From NCBI RefSeq assembly GCF_006345805.1, contig NC_043000.1, positions 122,450,001-122,514,000 on the forward strand: a stretch of DNA of 64,000 bases, in the 5' to 3' direction. This DNA is from Octopus sinensis. Its lineage: Eukaryota. Numbering within the stretch: the first letter of the stretch is position 1; each line of letters begins with the position of its first letter. Positions 25,437 through 39,214 of this stretch are shown in pieces. The notes beneath the pieces were generated by a model that saw only the letters and a program-made list of their open reading frames with translations, had not been told where the DNA came from and searched no databases. The position numbers were made by a program, and so were the translations under genes.

Positions 25437-25805
25437 CTCTTTTATTCCTTACTCTTTTACTTGTTTCAGTTATTTGACTGCGGCCATGCTGGAGCAAATC
25501 GACCCCAGGACTTATTCTATCGATTTCTTATGCCGAACCGCTAAGTTACGGGGACGTAAACACACCAGCATTAATTGTCAAGCGATGTTGCGAAGAGAAA
25601 CTCAGACACACAAACACACATATATATATACATATACATATATACGACGGAATTCGTTCAGTTTCCGTCTACCAAATCCACTCGCAAGGCTTTGTTCGGC
25701 CCGAGGTTATAGTAGAAGACACTTGCCCAAGGTGCCATGCAGTGGCACTGAACCCGGAACCATGTGGTTAGTAAGCAAGCTACTTATCACACAGCCACTC
25801 CTGTA
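25437..25805 (-). mobile_element. SINE family D
   Basis: Reverse complement of the family D pattern, from the tail (CTCTTTTACTTGTTTCAG) to the head (CACACAGCCACTCCTG). Confidence 0.88.
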
Positions 25806-26615
25806 TACTAATTATATGAATGAAATCAATTTTTCCTATAAATTCGTAATTAAAATGTTGTTAGCCTTTCTAAAGGCTAACTTTCTAAAGGACACGAGGT
25901 TGGGTGTCGGCAGTTGCATAATATTCTATAAGGTGCTAAAGTGGAGTTTGTGGGGTTATAATTATTTGGGGTTAACCTGATGTTAAGACTATTATTCATC
26001 GGAGTTTTAGGATTAGTATTTTGGTGAAGGAGTCGCCCGAGATATGTCACTTATACTAGCTCTCGTGTCTCTCATTGCCTATTTAGGCGGTGCGTGTAGC
26101 TGTACCGCTAGGTCAGTTAAGGGTACACACTTCTACGTCAATAAACTATTTTTTGTTCCTGAAAGTTGTTATTTTTTTATACCTACCATGGACTGCTCGA
26201 AGCTTACTAACTTCCTACAACCAGATCCTTCGATCTTACAACTGCACACACACATACACACTCTACCCCTCTCTCTCTCTTTCTCTCTCTCTCACTCTCT
26301 GTCTATCCTTCTCTCCGAAGAATAAGAAGAATATTTTATAGAAGATACCGTACAAGTTTTCTAGTACATGTAAAATTTTGTAACACTTATTAGCAAACGA
26401 AATACGTAATTATTCATAATCCTCTGTTTTGATATTCTTACACTGCAGAAAATATTTTCCAGTATTTTTAACTCTTATACTTACCTCGCACAAATATAAC
26501 ACCTACATACGTAATTGGATTACTGGAAAAAGCAAATGACCTTCAAGATTACACAGAATCGACTTTAACCTTGTCTATGTAACATATATTATTTTTGTTA
26601 TTATCATTATTATTA

Positions 26616-26678
<63 letters not shown>

Positions 26679-26681
<3 letters not shown>

Positions 26682-26868
26682 GTTTGACTTTTGCTTTTCA
26701 TTTGCACAAGCTGGCTCCAAGTCTCACCCAGAGACCTCAAGAGACAACAAATTGGAAGTTCGTGTTGGTGTTAAGCCTAGGGTGCCATATATTTGGTGTT
26801 GTACTAGTGAATGCCTAAAAAACCATACGAAAATTGTTTGTTTGTTTTAAAACTTGAGATTACATAGA
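26679..26868 (-). mobile_element. R4/Dong-like 3' UTR-only copy within (TAA)n
   Basis: Closely similar to 27149-27358, including the stop context TCT ATG TAA; (TAA)n on both sides. Confidence 0.85.
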
Positions 26869-26933
<65 letters not shown>

Positions 26934-26934
<1 letters not shown>

Positions 26935-27080
26935 GAGTGAGAGAGCAGTTCATGCCATCAAAGTGACACTGGGGTAAATATACGAAGCCCAATACCCATC
27001 ATGACTACCCGTCCGATAAAGGTACACCAGGCACATGCATCACAACCATATGTGCGCGACATGGTTAACCATATGTGCGT
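26934..27080 (-). mobile_element. 5'-truncated copy of the 477-bp (TAA)n-embedded element at 39591-40067
   Basis: Near-identical to 39591-39725; flanked by (TAA)n; 13-bp duplication AACCATATGTGCG at the truncation end. Confidence 0.8.
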
Positions 27081-27093
27081 ATTATTATTATTA

Positions 27094-27148
<55 letters not shown>

Positions 27149-27149
<1 letters not shown>

Positions 27150-28384
27150 TATGTTTGACTTTTGCTTTATGTCTGTATAAGTTGGCTCCAAGTCTCACCC
27201 AGAGACCTCAAGAGACAACAGGTTGGAAGTTCACGTTGTTGTTATGCCTAGTGTGCCATATATTTGGGGGGTTTTTTTGGTGTTGTACTAGTGAATGTCT
27301 GATAAATAAATTTTAAAAAAAGAAAATAAAAGTGTTTTAAACCTTGGGATTACATAGAGAGTATTTTGCGTAGGATATGAGCAGTTCCCATGAGCACTAT
27401 CTTTTGAATTTCTGCCATTTTGGGGTTTCCTGGTATCTGAGTTAGGTAGCAATCAGCCCCTTTCGCTATCATTCCCAGGGCACCTATGACAACAGGTATT
27501 GTTTTAGTCTTCAGGTTCCACAGTTTGCTGATTTCTATTTCAAGATCTTTATATTTGCTCAGTTTTTCGTAGGTCTTGACAGATACGTTTATATCGGTTG
27601 GGACAGTCATATCAATGAGGAGGCATGTTCTTTGTCTGAAGTCTTTCAATATGATGTCTGGCCTGTTTGCATCTATCTTTCTGTCAGTTTGAATGGTGAA
27701 GTTCCAGAGGAGTGAGATGTGGTCATTTTCAAGCACTGGAGGTGGATTGTGTTCCCACCAGTTTTTTTCAAGGGGCAAATCCAGGTTTTTGCAAATTACC
27801 CAGTGAATATATGGTGCAGCTCTATCATGCCTGTTGAGGTACTCTGTAGGCGCTAGAAGACTGCATTTGGAGACAACATGATCAATGGTTTCATTTTGTT
27901 GTCGACATACACGACATGTTGGGCTACTGCCGTTCTTTAATATGTTGGCCTGGTAGTTTCTTGTTGGTAGGCATTGATCTTGAGCTGCTATGATAAACCC
28001 TTCCGTTTCAGATTTTAAGCCAGAGGCCATTAGCCAGTGATGAGTCAGGGCTTTGTCAATATCTGCATTATTCGCTCTCTTTGGGTATTTGCCATAGAGA
28101 GGTTTTCTTGCCATTTATTTTTCAGAATATCTAAGGCCGCAGTTTTGGCACGGGTTTTCATGCGCCTAGCTTTTTCTGTGCTTGTTTCTTGTATGTCTAT
28201 CTCTAATTCCGAAATTTTTTGTATTCGGAATTCACTTAGATATTCCTTTGCCTGTTTTGTTACTGAGTATGATGCTTTCTTGTTTTCATGTTTTGAGACA
28301 AGTTTTAACATCCAAGGATGCTTTCTTGTTTTCATGTTTTGATGCTGTCTTGTTTTCATGTTTTGATGCATTCTTGTTTTCATG

Positions 28385-28388
<4 letters not shown>
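27149..28388 (-). mobile_element. 5'-truncated R4/Dong-clade non-LTR retrotransposon in (TAA)n
   Basis: Encodes the CCHC knuckle CRVC-x8-H-x4-C, RHD and RPD...D...EK..KY REL-endonuclease motifs, then a 3' UTR and a TAA tail. Confidence 0.92.
27350..28316 (-). pseudogene. C-terminal part of the R4/Dong ORF (post-RT region, zinc knuckle, REL endonuclease), one frameshift near 28110
   Basis: ORFs 28045-28503 and 27350-28114 overlap at W(Q)-KPLYGKYP; about 250 codons open through the stop. Confidence 0.85.
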
Positions 28389-28446
<58 letters not shown>

Positions 28447-28926
28447 TATTATTATTATTATTATTATTACTATTATTATTATTATTATTATTATTATTAT
28501 CATTATTTTTAATATGATTATTAATAGTAGTATTATATATATATATATATATATATATAATAATATTAGGGAATAAATCCAAACTTACAGGGAAAATGAG
28601 CTTTAGGATTAAATCCAAATTTATAGTATAAATATATTATATTATATTATATTAAATTAGAGATAAAACCACTATTAGGCAAATCAAACAGTGTAAAACA
28701 TAAGCCAATACATAAAATTAATTTAAAATATAAAAATTAATAATTAAAAATTATTTAAATAATTTAAACTTATAAATTTTATATGTATATATACAAATAT
28801 ATATATATGTATATATGTATATTTTTTATATTTATATATTATTTTATTTATTAATTAATTGATTAATTAATTAATTAATTTATTTATTTATCTTTATTTT
28901 TATTATTATTTTGGGGGGTGGGGGGA

Positions 28927-29214
28927 ATAAGCTTTATAAAAAAAATTGGGTTTAAATTGGAAATGAGAAGAAATAGTTCAAATGTATCAGAGACAGAAAA
29001 TGATTTTAAACACACCGCAGTTCATCCAAAGGCTTCAAAACATTCCCGATCACGATCCCAGAAAATAATGATGGCCATCACTAAAGTACTCCAAGTGTCG
29101 GTGTGGACTGTTAGAAATGTGGTACACGAGAACATTCCAGATGGTGTCTTCAAAAATATATGAAAATTGTTTGACCCGTACAAAGAAGTTGCTTAAAAAC
29201 CTTGAAGCCCCACA
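28927..29214 (+). repeat. Copy 1 of a duplicated segment of about 280 bp encoding a Tc1/mariner HTH-like remnant
   Basis: Near-identical to 29733-30005 apart from a roughly 15-bp indel; translation ITKVLQVSVWTVRNVVHENI resembles the second transposase HTH. Confidence 0.7.
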
Positions 29215-29241
29215 CAGACATATATATATATGATGAAAGCA

Positions 29242-29302
<61 letters not shown>

Positions 29303-29377
29303 ATTATTATTATTTTAATATGACTATTAATAGTATTATATATATATATATTATATATATATATATATATAATATAT

Positions 29378-29419
<42 letters not shown>

Positions 29420-29732
29420 ATGAAAGCACAAAATTAAAAAGTATAGAAGATGTGGGACCAGTTTTAACGAATGTTGTATTAGCTTAATTATTAAAACAAA
29501 GAAAACCCTCTTTTGAACATCTAATTATATTTTCTTTTTCACTCTTCTTTATTTTTCTTATAGTATGCGAGAGATATTTGAGGACACTTCATTATATGAT
29601 TATTATTCTCTTTAAACCATTTCTTTGAGATCCTCTATGACAGAGAAATTAGAAATGAAATGACAGATGTTCATTGTTCCTATAAGCGATGAGCGTACCA
29701 ATTTAAACATTGCCAACTGTCTAAATGTTGGG

Positions 29733-30005
29733 ATAAGCTTTATAAAAAAAATTGGGTTTAAATTGGAAATGTGAAGAAATAGTTCAAATGTATCAGAGAC
29801 AGAAAATGATTTTAAACACATGGCTTCAAAACATTCCCGATCACGATCCCAGAAAATAATGATGGCCATCACTAAAGTACTCCAAGTGTCGGTGTGGACT
29901 GTTAGAAATGTGGTACACGAGAACATTCCAGATGGTGTCTTCAAAAATATATGAAAATTGCTTGACCCGTACAAAGAAGTTGCTTAAAAACCTTGAAGCC
30001 CCACA
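29733..30005 (+). repeat. Copy 2 of the duplicated Tc1/mariner-like segment
   Basis: Direct comparison with 28927-29214. Confidence 0.8.
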
Positions 30006-30774
30006 TTGCATAATTTAGTTATTCTCTGATAAGAAAAACTTCGATAAAGAACAAATGTATAAGAGAAGAAATGATGGTTTTGTGAAACCCTTCTGATGAC
30101 CGTAGAGTGGTACACATTAAGTTTCTAGTAACTTATATATCCTATATTGTTCCATCGACACTGAACGGTTTTGGAAACAAAGCATACCATTTTTGAACAG
30201 ATTTAGGCTACCTTTCCTTAAGTCAATCGCATAAGTATTCTCCCATTTTACAAATATGCAACATAGTGCTAATCTAACAAATGACTAACTAAAACGAAGA
30301 TATATGCCGTATATTAACTCCGACTTTTCGTCGATTATTAAGAAGGTAACAGATAAATATATCATACAGACAGAAACTAGATGCATCACAGCCAGAACAT
30401 AGTATCAGATATCCTACATAGATTGATGTATGGCACGGATTAAAGGCCCTTCTCAAGAACTACAACAAAACATTTACAATGAATTTGAAGCCATGATCGG
30501 GTAGTTAAATGCAATATGCATTCAGTTATTTTACAATCTGATGGGGAATAAGTTAAATATGAATATCAGAATGACATCAGATAGCAGTACATTGTCTCAT
30601 ATTCTTAAGTGCAGTAATGAATTCCTCTCAAACGCAGTTATTGACTATTCCAGTAGGATAAAGAAAATACTTATTTGTATGAAATATAACTGCCGGTATA
30701 ACCACTTTAGAAATTATAAACCTATCCAAACACGTAGTCATCAGCAAAGGAAAATTCTATAACTGATAATAAAT

Positions 30775-30959
30775 CTTTTTACTAAAGGTACAAAGCCTGA
30801 AATTTGGAGGGAGGGGACTATTTGATTGCATCTATTCCAGTGTTTCACCGGTACTTAATTTATTGACCCCGAAGGGAAGAAAGGCAAGGTCGACCTAGAC
30901 GGAATTTGAACTGAGAACGTAGCGACGAGCGAAATACCGCTGTGCCAGCTCACCGCCTT
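30775..30959 (-). mobile_element. SINE family A (tail type 1), diverged
   Basis: GGTACTTAATTTATTGACCCCGAAGG...GGAATTTGAACTGAGAACGTAGC...CCAGCTCACCGCCTT. Confidence 0.8.
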
Positions 30960-31764
30960 AACTCTTCTGTACAACATGACAAACAGTCAAATTTACACAT
31001 GCGATCATATTTGCATAAGCGGTCAGATTTACATGCTTTTCTTCTGGTGTCACTTATTTTCTATTAGAGATGTTACAAAATTGATGAAATGGTTTATTTC
31101 ACAAGAAGATAATTCAGGCAAAATCTGAGGTTGCCAAAATAATTTTGTGCCAGGGAAAATGAAATACATATCCTAAGCCCATTGTGCTTTGAGTTCGTTC
31201 AAAGAGATTTCCAGTTGGGTTTGAGCAAGGTTTCACCTCTATCTAAATATATTGCTGAAGCTGCTTTCCAGATACAACATCTAACAAAACAGCTACTATT
31301 GTGTTTTATGAGTAGACAAATGTTTCCCAACGTTAAAATGCATCTTATACAGATATGACCATTTAATGGTCATTCATACTAGACGGTTTTGGACATCAAA
31401 GTCTTTGTATAAATACATATACATATGTGTATATATAAATATATGTATATATGTAAAGTTTATAGTGTTTCAGTTTCTAATTAAATTGATTTACCGTCCA
31501 AACACTATACAATTGCCTGTAATTAAATATATTGAAAGACGCTTCCATCTAGTAGTTAAACCACAAACTAGTAACTGTTCATGTGAAGGTATTTATTAAT
31601 ATTTCAATATAGTGAAATCAATGTTTCCAAAGAATTAGATGTTTTTAGATGATTTTGAACAAATATTAAGCTTTCCTTCGTACAAAGACAATCAATATAT
31701 CTATATAAGCGTGTGTGTAAGAGAGAGGGAGTGTATGTGTGTGTGTGCGTGTGTATGTGTGTGT

Positions 31765-31801
<37 letters not shown>

Positions 31802-32105
31802 TGTGTGTGTGTATGAACATGTTCATGTGCGAGTGGTAAGTGTGTATGTATGAGCTATGTTTGTGTGAATCTTTGCGGTAACTAATATTTTGAATAACCA
31901 CAAAAACATTTCATACAACCGGATAGATACCGAAACAATAGCAAACTACAACATGTATAATCATATACCAAGTTCTCTTCTCCTTTTGATAAATTTATAC
32001 ACATAATAAGCGTACACATTCGCTCAGGCACACGTGTGTTTATATCTATGAAAGTAGGTAGGTATGTACGTATGTATATATGCATATGTACAAAATGTTT
32101 ATATA

Positions 32106-32156
<51 letters not shown>

Positions 32157-32187
32157 CTCATATGTGTGTGTGTGTGTGTGTGTATTA

Positions 32188-32357
32188 TAGGCGCAGGAGT
32201 GGCTGTGTATAGTAAGTAGCTAGTTGCCAATAGCATGACTCCGGGTTCAGTCCCACTGTGTGACACCTTGGGCAAGTGTCTACTACTATAGCCTCGGGCC
32301 GACCAAAGACTTGTGAGTGGATTTGGTAGACGGAAACAAAAACAAGCCTGTCGTATC

Positions 32358-32398
<41 letters not shown>

Positions 32399-32402
32399 TA
32401 TC

Positions 32403-32466
<64 letters not shown>

Positions 32467-32788
32467 GCATGTATGTATGTATGTATGTATGTATGGATGT
32501 ATGTATGTATGTATGCATGTGTGTGTATACTTTGTGTGTTTGTGTTTGTGTCCACTTCAACATCGCTTGACAACCGAATAGCGGTTCGACAAAAGACACC
32601 GGTCGAATAATTTTAATATAAGTTACCGCAAAGCTTCACACAATCATAGCTCATACTCACACGTACCACTGGCACCTGGACATAGGCTTAAAAGAATAAG
32701 TCCGGGGTTGATTTGCTCGACCAAACGCGGTGTTCCACCATGACTGTAGTCCAATGACTGAAACAAACAATAGAAAAATAAAAGAATA
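32188..32788 (+). mobile_element. SINE family D with expanded internal microsatellite
   Basis: Head TAGGCGCAGGAGTGGCTGTG; core CACCTTGGGCAAGTGTC; tail AATGACTGAAACAA. Confidence 0.82.
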
Positions 32789-32883
32789 TATATATATGTG
32801 TATATATATACATATATATATATATACATGCATATACACACACATACACATATACATATATATATATATACACACACATATGC

Positions 32884-32915
<32 letters not shown>

Positions 32916-32936
32916 TTGATGTCTTGCAAACATCAC

Positions 32937-32976
<40 letters not shown>

Positions 32977-33033
32977 ACTCACGTAGACGTAGACAGAGAC
33001 AAATACAGGCAGACAGACAGAGGCATAGACATT

Positions 33034-33123
<90 letters not shown>

Positions 33124-33409
33124 CACACGTGAGTATGCTTGTGTTATGTAGCCGGTTATCTGAAACATTATGCTTAACGCGGTATAAATATGATGTAACA
33201 CAAAAATATTCATAGAAGCTGGTTGTCATAGACATAATGGAAGAATATTTCGTATAAGCGCTATTTTTCATTCTTGACGTTTCCAAAATGTAGAAGATAG
33301 TGCCTTTTATTTTTATCTCGTGACGTTATCAATAAACTTTTTTACAAATATATGTACGTGTATATGTGCGTCTTCGCATCTATATAAATACACACACATA
33401 TATGTATAT

Positions 33410-33818
33410 ACTCTTTTACTCGTTTACTTGTTTCAGTCATTTGACTGCGGCCATGCTGGAGCACCGCCTTTAATCGAGCAACTCGATCCCGGGACTTATT
33501 CTTTTGTAAGACCAGTACTTATTCTATCGGTCTCTTTTGCCGAACCGCTAAGTAACGGGGACGTAAACACACCAGAATCGGTTGTCAAGCAATGCTAGGG
33601 GGACAAACACAGACACACAAACATACACGCACACACACATATATATATATACATATATACGACGAGCTTCTTTCAGTTTCCGTCTACCAAATCCACTCAC
33701 CAGGCATTGGTCGGCCCGGGGCTATAGCAGGAGACACTTGCCCAAGATGCCACGCAGTGGGACTGAACCCGGAACCATGTGGCTGGTTAGCAAGCTACTT
33801 ACCACACAGCCACTCCTG
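33410..33818 (-). mobile_element. SINE family D, well conserved
   Basis: Complete head, core, microsatellite and tail on the minus strand. Confidence 0.9.
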
Positions 33819-33859
33819 ATTTTTTTTTCCCTGTAAATTTGGATATATTCCCTAATATT

Positions 33860-34240
<381 letters not shown>

Positions 34241-37200
34241 AATCCTTAATCCTTAAAAATGTTTTAGCCCGAAGGCCGCGGCCATGCTGGGGCACCAACC
34301 GCTGAATGAGCACACTAGTTTGTGAATCCACCTCTGATACGTGGCACTTGATCAACAAGGGGTTCGATGCTGCTGCCGCATCCGCGTCTTCCTGTCGTGA
34401 GGTGAGGTAGGTTCATCTGGATTCCAACAAGAAGAGATCCAGTTTAGTTTTAAAGAAACCCACATCCACACCATGTAAGTCTCTCAGGCATTAGGAGGAT
34501 GTTGAAAAGCTGTGGTCCTCTGAAACCCAAGCTGTTTCAGTATCTGGACCTGTATTTTGATGGTGATGTTGGAATCCTTGGCACCACGCAGCGGCGCCCC
34601 GTCTGCGGTTGGAGTAACTTTGAATGCCAAAGTTTGGGATAAGACCCTCCAGGATTTTCCAGATGTATATTACTGCATATCTCCCGCCTCCGCCTAGGGA
34701 GAAGGGTTAATACCTTCAGTCTTTCCCAGTAGCTGACATTTTGCATTGAGACGATTTTTCTTTGTGTAGCTTCTCTGAGTTGCTTCGAGTTCTGCTGTTT
34801 GTTTTATATTGTGTGGTGACCAAAGTTGGGGCAGTAGTCCAAGCGCTGAGGACAATGTTTTCCATAGGACCATCAGTGTCTCCTTCTCTCTTGTTCTGAA
34901 AGTTCGGAGAATCCATCAGCTAGCCGTCTGCATTTTATCACCAGATTAGCAATATGCATTTGGAAAGATGCATCATTGCTCATGTCAATGCCCAGGTCAC
35001 GCACTGATTTGACTCAGGGATTGCAATTTCTTCCTGGGCCAGTGTATCCAGTCTTCACGTCATTTACTTGTGTGCCAGTAGCGCAGGCCTGGAACTTACC
35101 TGCATTAAAATGCATGTTTGTTGTCCTCAGCCACCTGTATTATTGTGTCCAGCTCATGTTGCAGATGCGCAATATTTTCAGGGTTCTGATTGCGTGGGAG
35201 ACCTTTGTGTCATCTGCATAGCTAGCAAGGGTGGTCATCGTAGCAACTGAAGGCATGTCTGAAAGGGCCCTATGAACATCAGTGGCCCCAAGACAGTGCC
35301 CTGTGGGCCACCGCTTGTTATTTGCGTTTCCCTGGAGGTGGCTCCATTTCTCACAACTGCCTGTTTTCTGTCTTTTAGGAAGTTGTGCAGCCACTCTCCA
35401 AGTTTCCCGCCTATGCCGAGACCACGCAGTTTATGACAGATCATACCATGGTCGACTTTATCAAAGGCTTTTGCAAAGTCAAGATATATTACATCCACAT
35501 TTGAGCCATTTAGTAGCTGTTTCAACACCCAGTCATAGTGCTGCAGGAGCTGTGTTAGGCAGCCTCTACCTGGTCGAAATCCATGCTGGGTGTCAGACAG
35601 TAAGTCATTTTCTTCAAGGAACATGATTAGTTTCTTACGGACTATTCGTTCCATGACTTTGCTGATGTGTGAGGTCAGAGAGATAGGCCTATAATTTTAG
35701 GCATCTGCTCTGCTACCTCCCTTATGGATAGGCATATTACCCCCTCTTTCAGTTTGACTGGGAGCTTACCACTTGCAAGAAAGCTCTGAAAATGAAGCTG
35801 TAGCGGTTTGCAAGGCTCGTTGCACGATTTGAGAAGGATCGCTGGGAATCCATCAGGTCCAGCAGCTGAGTTTGTGTCAATCTCATCAATGGCTAGTGTG
35901 ATAATCATCTTCTTCGATGTTGATGTACTCAATTTTTGTCTCTTTGGCCGCTGGTAAAGTGGCAAAGAATTCTTCTGGGTTGTTTACTTGCCTGTGTCCT
36001 AGAGGTGTAGTGAACACATTTGGAACTGTTCGTTCAGTATTTCACTTATCCTCGGGATTTCCTGTGAGAGAGCCATCTTTTTGGAGAGAGGTCCTATTCT
36101 CTGGTGCACTGTGGCTGTCTCTTTGGCAAACTTAAAGAAAGCTTTAGGGTTGATTTTATATTTTCTATTACCCAAGCTTCTTTATCTGCTCTCTCCTTTT
36201 CATGGGACTGATGTAGACTTTTCTCAGTTTCCATTAGCATTCTTCGAGCCGAGATCTCCCCACTTTTGGTGTGCTGCTCAGGCGGTTTGCAATCCTTGTC
36301 CGTCGTCTCATAAGAATCCTCCTTTCTCTAGGGATCCTGTTTTTATTCTTTGTGTGCTGGCCCTGCACATTGGGACATATTTGTCACATATGGCTTGTAT
36401 TATGGACATGAAGTGTTGTGTTTCATGTTTATGTCCGGTGTGGAGAAGACATTCAGGCCAATCTGTTTGAGGATCTCTTTCTCAATCGACTTTCCAGTTG
36501 GCTTTATGAAAGTTTAAGTTGGAGAGATGGTGGGTGCTTCGTATAGCTGTGTGTCTGCGGGGGCTTTTGTTCCATACATAGACAGCTCTATTATGTTGTG
36601 ATCCGAGATCATTGTCGGCATCACATTAACATTATGGATAATATCATATTGTTTGTAAAGCAGAGTCCAGTATATTATCTGCCCTTGTTGGTTGCAGAAA
36701 CTATTTGCTCCATGGAAAGAGGTATTTGTGAGATGGAGCAGGACTCCACCTGTGCCTGCTGATGGTGTGTCATCCCTGGGAGCATCTGCCCCCCAGGCCA
36801 TTCCACATTGGGGAGGTTAAAGTCACCCATGAAGAATACCTGTTGTGCTGTTCAAGGTTGGTGAGGACTTCTCCTATTTTTGTTAGGCAGTCTTCAAAAC
36901 ATGCCTGAGTGTTTTGGGGCGTCTGGTGGGGATATGTAGTGCATATGACGATATTCAGTTGTCTTATGTGTACAATTTGAGTTTCACATACTGAGTTTGA
37001 ATATGACAGCAGGACCTGGGGCGTGAGGTCATCTCGGATGTACATTGCAACTCCACCATGGCTCCTCCCTTTTCTATCTGTGCGTATGACTGCATATTGC
37101 GGATGTGTATTTCTGCATCACCTATATCGGGTTCAAGATGCGTTTCTGTGAGTGCCATGCATATAGCTTGATTGCATGTCACAAGGTCCCTCAGGAATGA

Positions 37201-37718
37201 AATTTTCTTTTTACAGTTCCGCGCAGAGCAGCAGCCCTCCTACATTCAGTAGAAATATTTTTGTGGTGTGTGTGTGGTGTTGGTGTCTGTGGTGGCCATC
37301 CTGCATCTGTTGGAGGTGGCTTATGTGGTGGTAGTTCCAGCTTTGTGCTTGTAGCCAGGTCAGCTGCTGAACAATTTTGTGCCATGCACAAAAAAGACTG
37401 CTGTTCAGCTGCCGCCTTTCTCACATCTGGGTGAAGCTGGCCACCTGTTGGGTTTCCGCGCACCACATCTGCATACCGTCTTTCAGTAGTGGTCAGTGCG
37501 CTTTTTTCCTTCTTTTAATTTTGTTTGTTTTTGTTCTCCCTGAGGGAGGGACACCTGTCTCGCGTCCGTGCGGTTTTGGTAGGGCTCCGATGTGCAAAGC
37601 GACAGTTTGCACCTTCAAACGCCGTACCAGCAGTCCCCCCTCAGGTAGAATTTGCAGGTGTTTCTTTCCCTGCCCTTACAGTTTGCTGGGGTCCCTCTGC
37701 TTCTCTGGACAGGGCTTC
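34241..37718 (-). mobile_element. Decayed 5'-truncated CR1/L2-group LINE (ORF1 CCCH remnant, APE endonuclease, RT, 3' stem-loop tail)
   Basis: Fragmented frames: ALTETHL and SDHN (APE); AAGPDG, QHGFRPGRGC, YLDFAKAFDKVDH, PQGTVLGP, YADD (RT); SYWERLK (C-terminal region); tail (TAAGGAT)2. Confidence 0.92.
35140..35965 (-). pseudogene. LINE reverse transcriptase domain, frameshifted
   Basis: ORFs 35675-35965, 35235-35654 and 35140-35394 carry successive RT motifs in different frames. Confidence 0.9.
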
Positions 37719-37719
37719 C

Positions 37720-37864
37720 TAGATAGATATATATATATATATCTATACATACATATATATATAATATATATATATACATAATATATATATTATAGATATT
37801 ATATATATATAATATATATATATGTAATAATATATAGTATATATTATATATATTATATTATATA

Positions 37865-37898
<34 letters not shown>

Positions 37899-37938
37899 GA
37901 ATATACATATATATATATATATATAGATATATATAATA

Positions 37939-37983
<45 letters not shown>

Positions 37984-37985
37984 TA
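37720..37985. repeat. (TA)n tract at the LINE 5' truncation
   Basis: Direct reading. Confidence 0.95.
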
Positions 37986-38541
37986 CATGAATGCTGCAAT
38001 CTCGTGATAGATTATTGCCATCACCTGATGGTAAGTCCTGCACATCTGAATTTTTATGATAAGTCTTACTTATTATTCAAGCGATGCCTGTGTGCGTGAT
38101 GATTTTTTTTTTTTTTGATTTTTCATAGTGAGGAAAGGATTTGCGCAAATTCAATCCCGCTCTCGGAACATAGACAACATAAACTCGAAAGGAAGAACTA
38201 GTCTACATCATCGAATATTCTCAGAGTCGCAGGTTTTCTCTCCTAGAGCTGACACTTTTCAATACGAGATTCAGAATAGATATAGTTAGTATAATATTTA
38301 ATATTTAAAATGTTATGGAGTGGTCGGGTATAAAACCTTTCTGTGTTCATTGAGTCGAAGGTGGTCCTGTCTCTAAAACTATTTTTATATATACGAATTA
38401 AACATTGAGAGATGTTCATTTTAGTACATCTAATTTGGATGTATTTTTCCTGTGTACTCGGAAGTAATATTCCATAATAATAATAATAACAACAACAATA
38501 ACAATAACAACAACAGCAACGACAACAGCAACGACAACAGC

Positions 38542-38575
<34 letters not shown>

Positions 38576-38599
38576 TTAATAATAATAATGATAATAATA

Positions 38600-38977
38600 A
38601 AATATAAAGACCTGCTAATAGAAATTGAAAAAATGTGGCATCTCAAGGCGACTACAGTACCAGTGATTGTAGGATCTCTAGCAATGATAAAAAAGGTGGT
38701 ACTGAAACCTATTTGAAAATGAGTCCAGGCTTACCATCCCTACAGGAAGTGCAAAAGATCGTATTAACTGGAACGGCTCATGTACTGAGAAGAGCATTAT
38801 CGCTGTGAAAACAACATCCATCCATGAATTTATTTATTTATTAATTTTTAAATACATATTTTATCTGTGAATTTGCATGTGTAATCTGGGAATGCACACA
38901 GTGAGCTTCTCTGCCCTAGGTGTATGGAAAACACTCAGCGAGAAACGGAAGAAAATTTGAAGAAAGAAGGTAAAAAC
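38600..38977 (+). mobile_element. Second R4/Dong subfamily, 3' fragment between TAA/CAA tracts
   Basis: Translates KYKDLLIEIEKMWHLKATTVPVIVGSLAMIKK/GTETYLKMSPGLPSLQEVQKIVLTGTAHVLRRALSL*, homologous to the end of ORF 27350-28114; TAA tail. Confidence 0.88.
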
Positions 38978-38992
38978 ATAATAATAATAATC

Positions 38993-39121
38993 ATTTCTAC
39001 TATAGACACAAGGCCTGAAATTTTGAAGGAGGGGACTAGTCAATTACATTGACCCTGACCCCCAGTGTTTCACTAATACTTAATTTTTCAACCCCCAAAA
39101 GGATGAAAGGCAAAGTCGACC

Positions 39122-39122
<1 letters not shown>
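38993..39122 (-). mobile_element. SINE family A 3' fragment (tail type 1)
   Basis: CACAAGGCCTGAAATTTTG...GGATGAAAGGCAAAGTCGACCT. Confidence 0.75.
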
Positions 39123-39182
<60 letters not shown>

Positions 39183-39183
39183 G

Positions 39184-39214
<31 letters not shown>

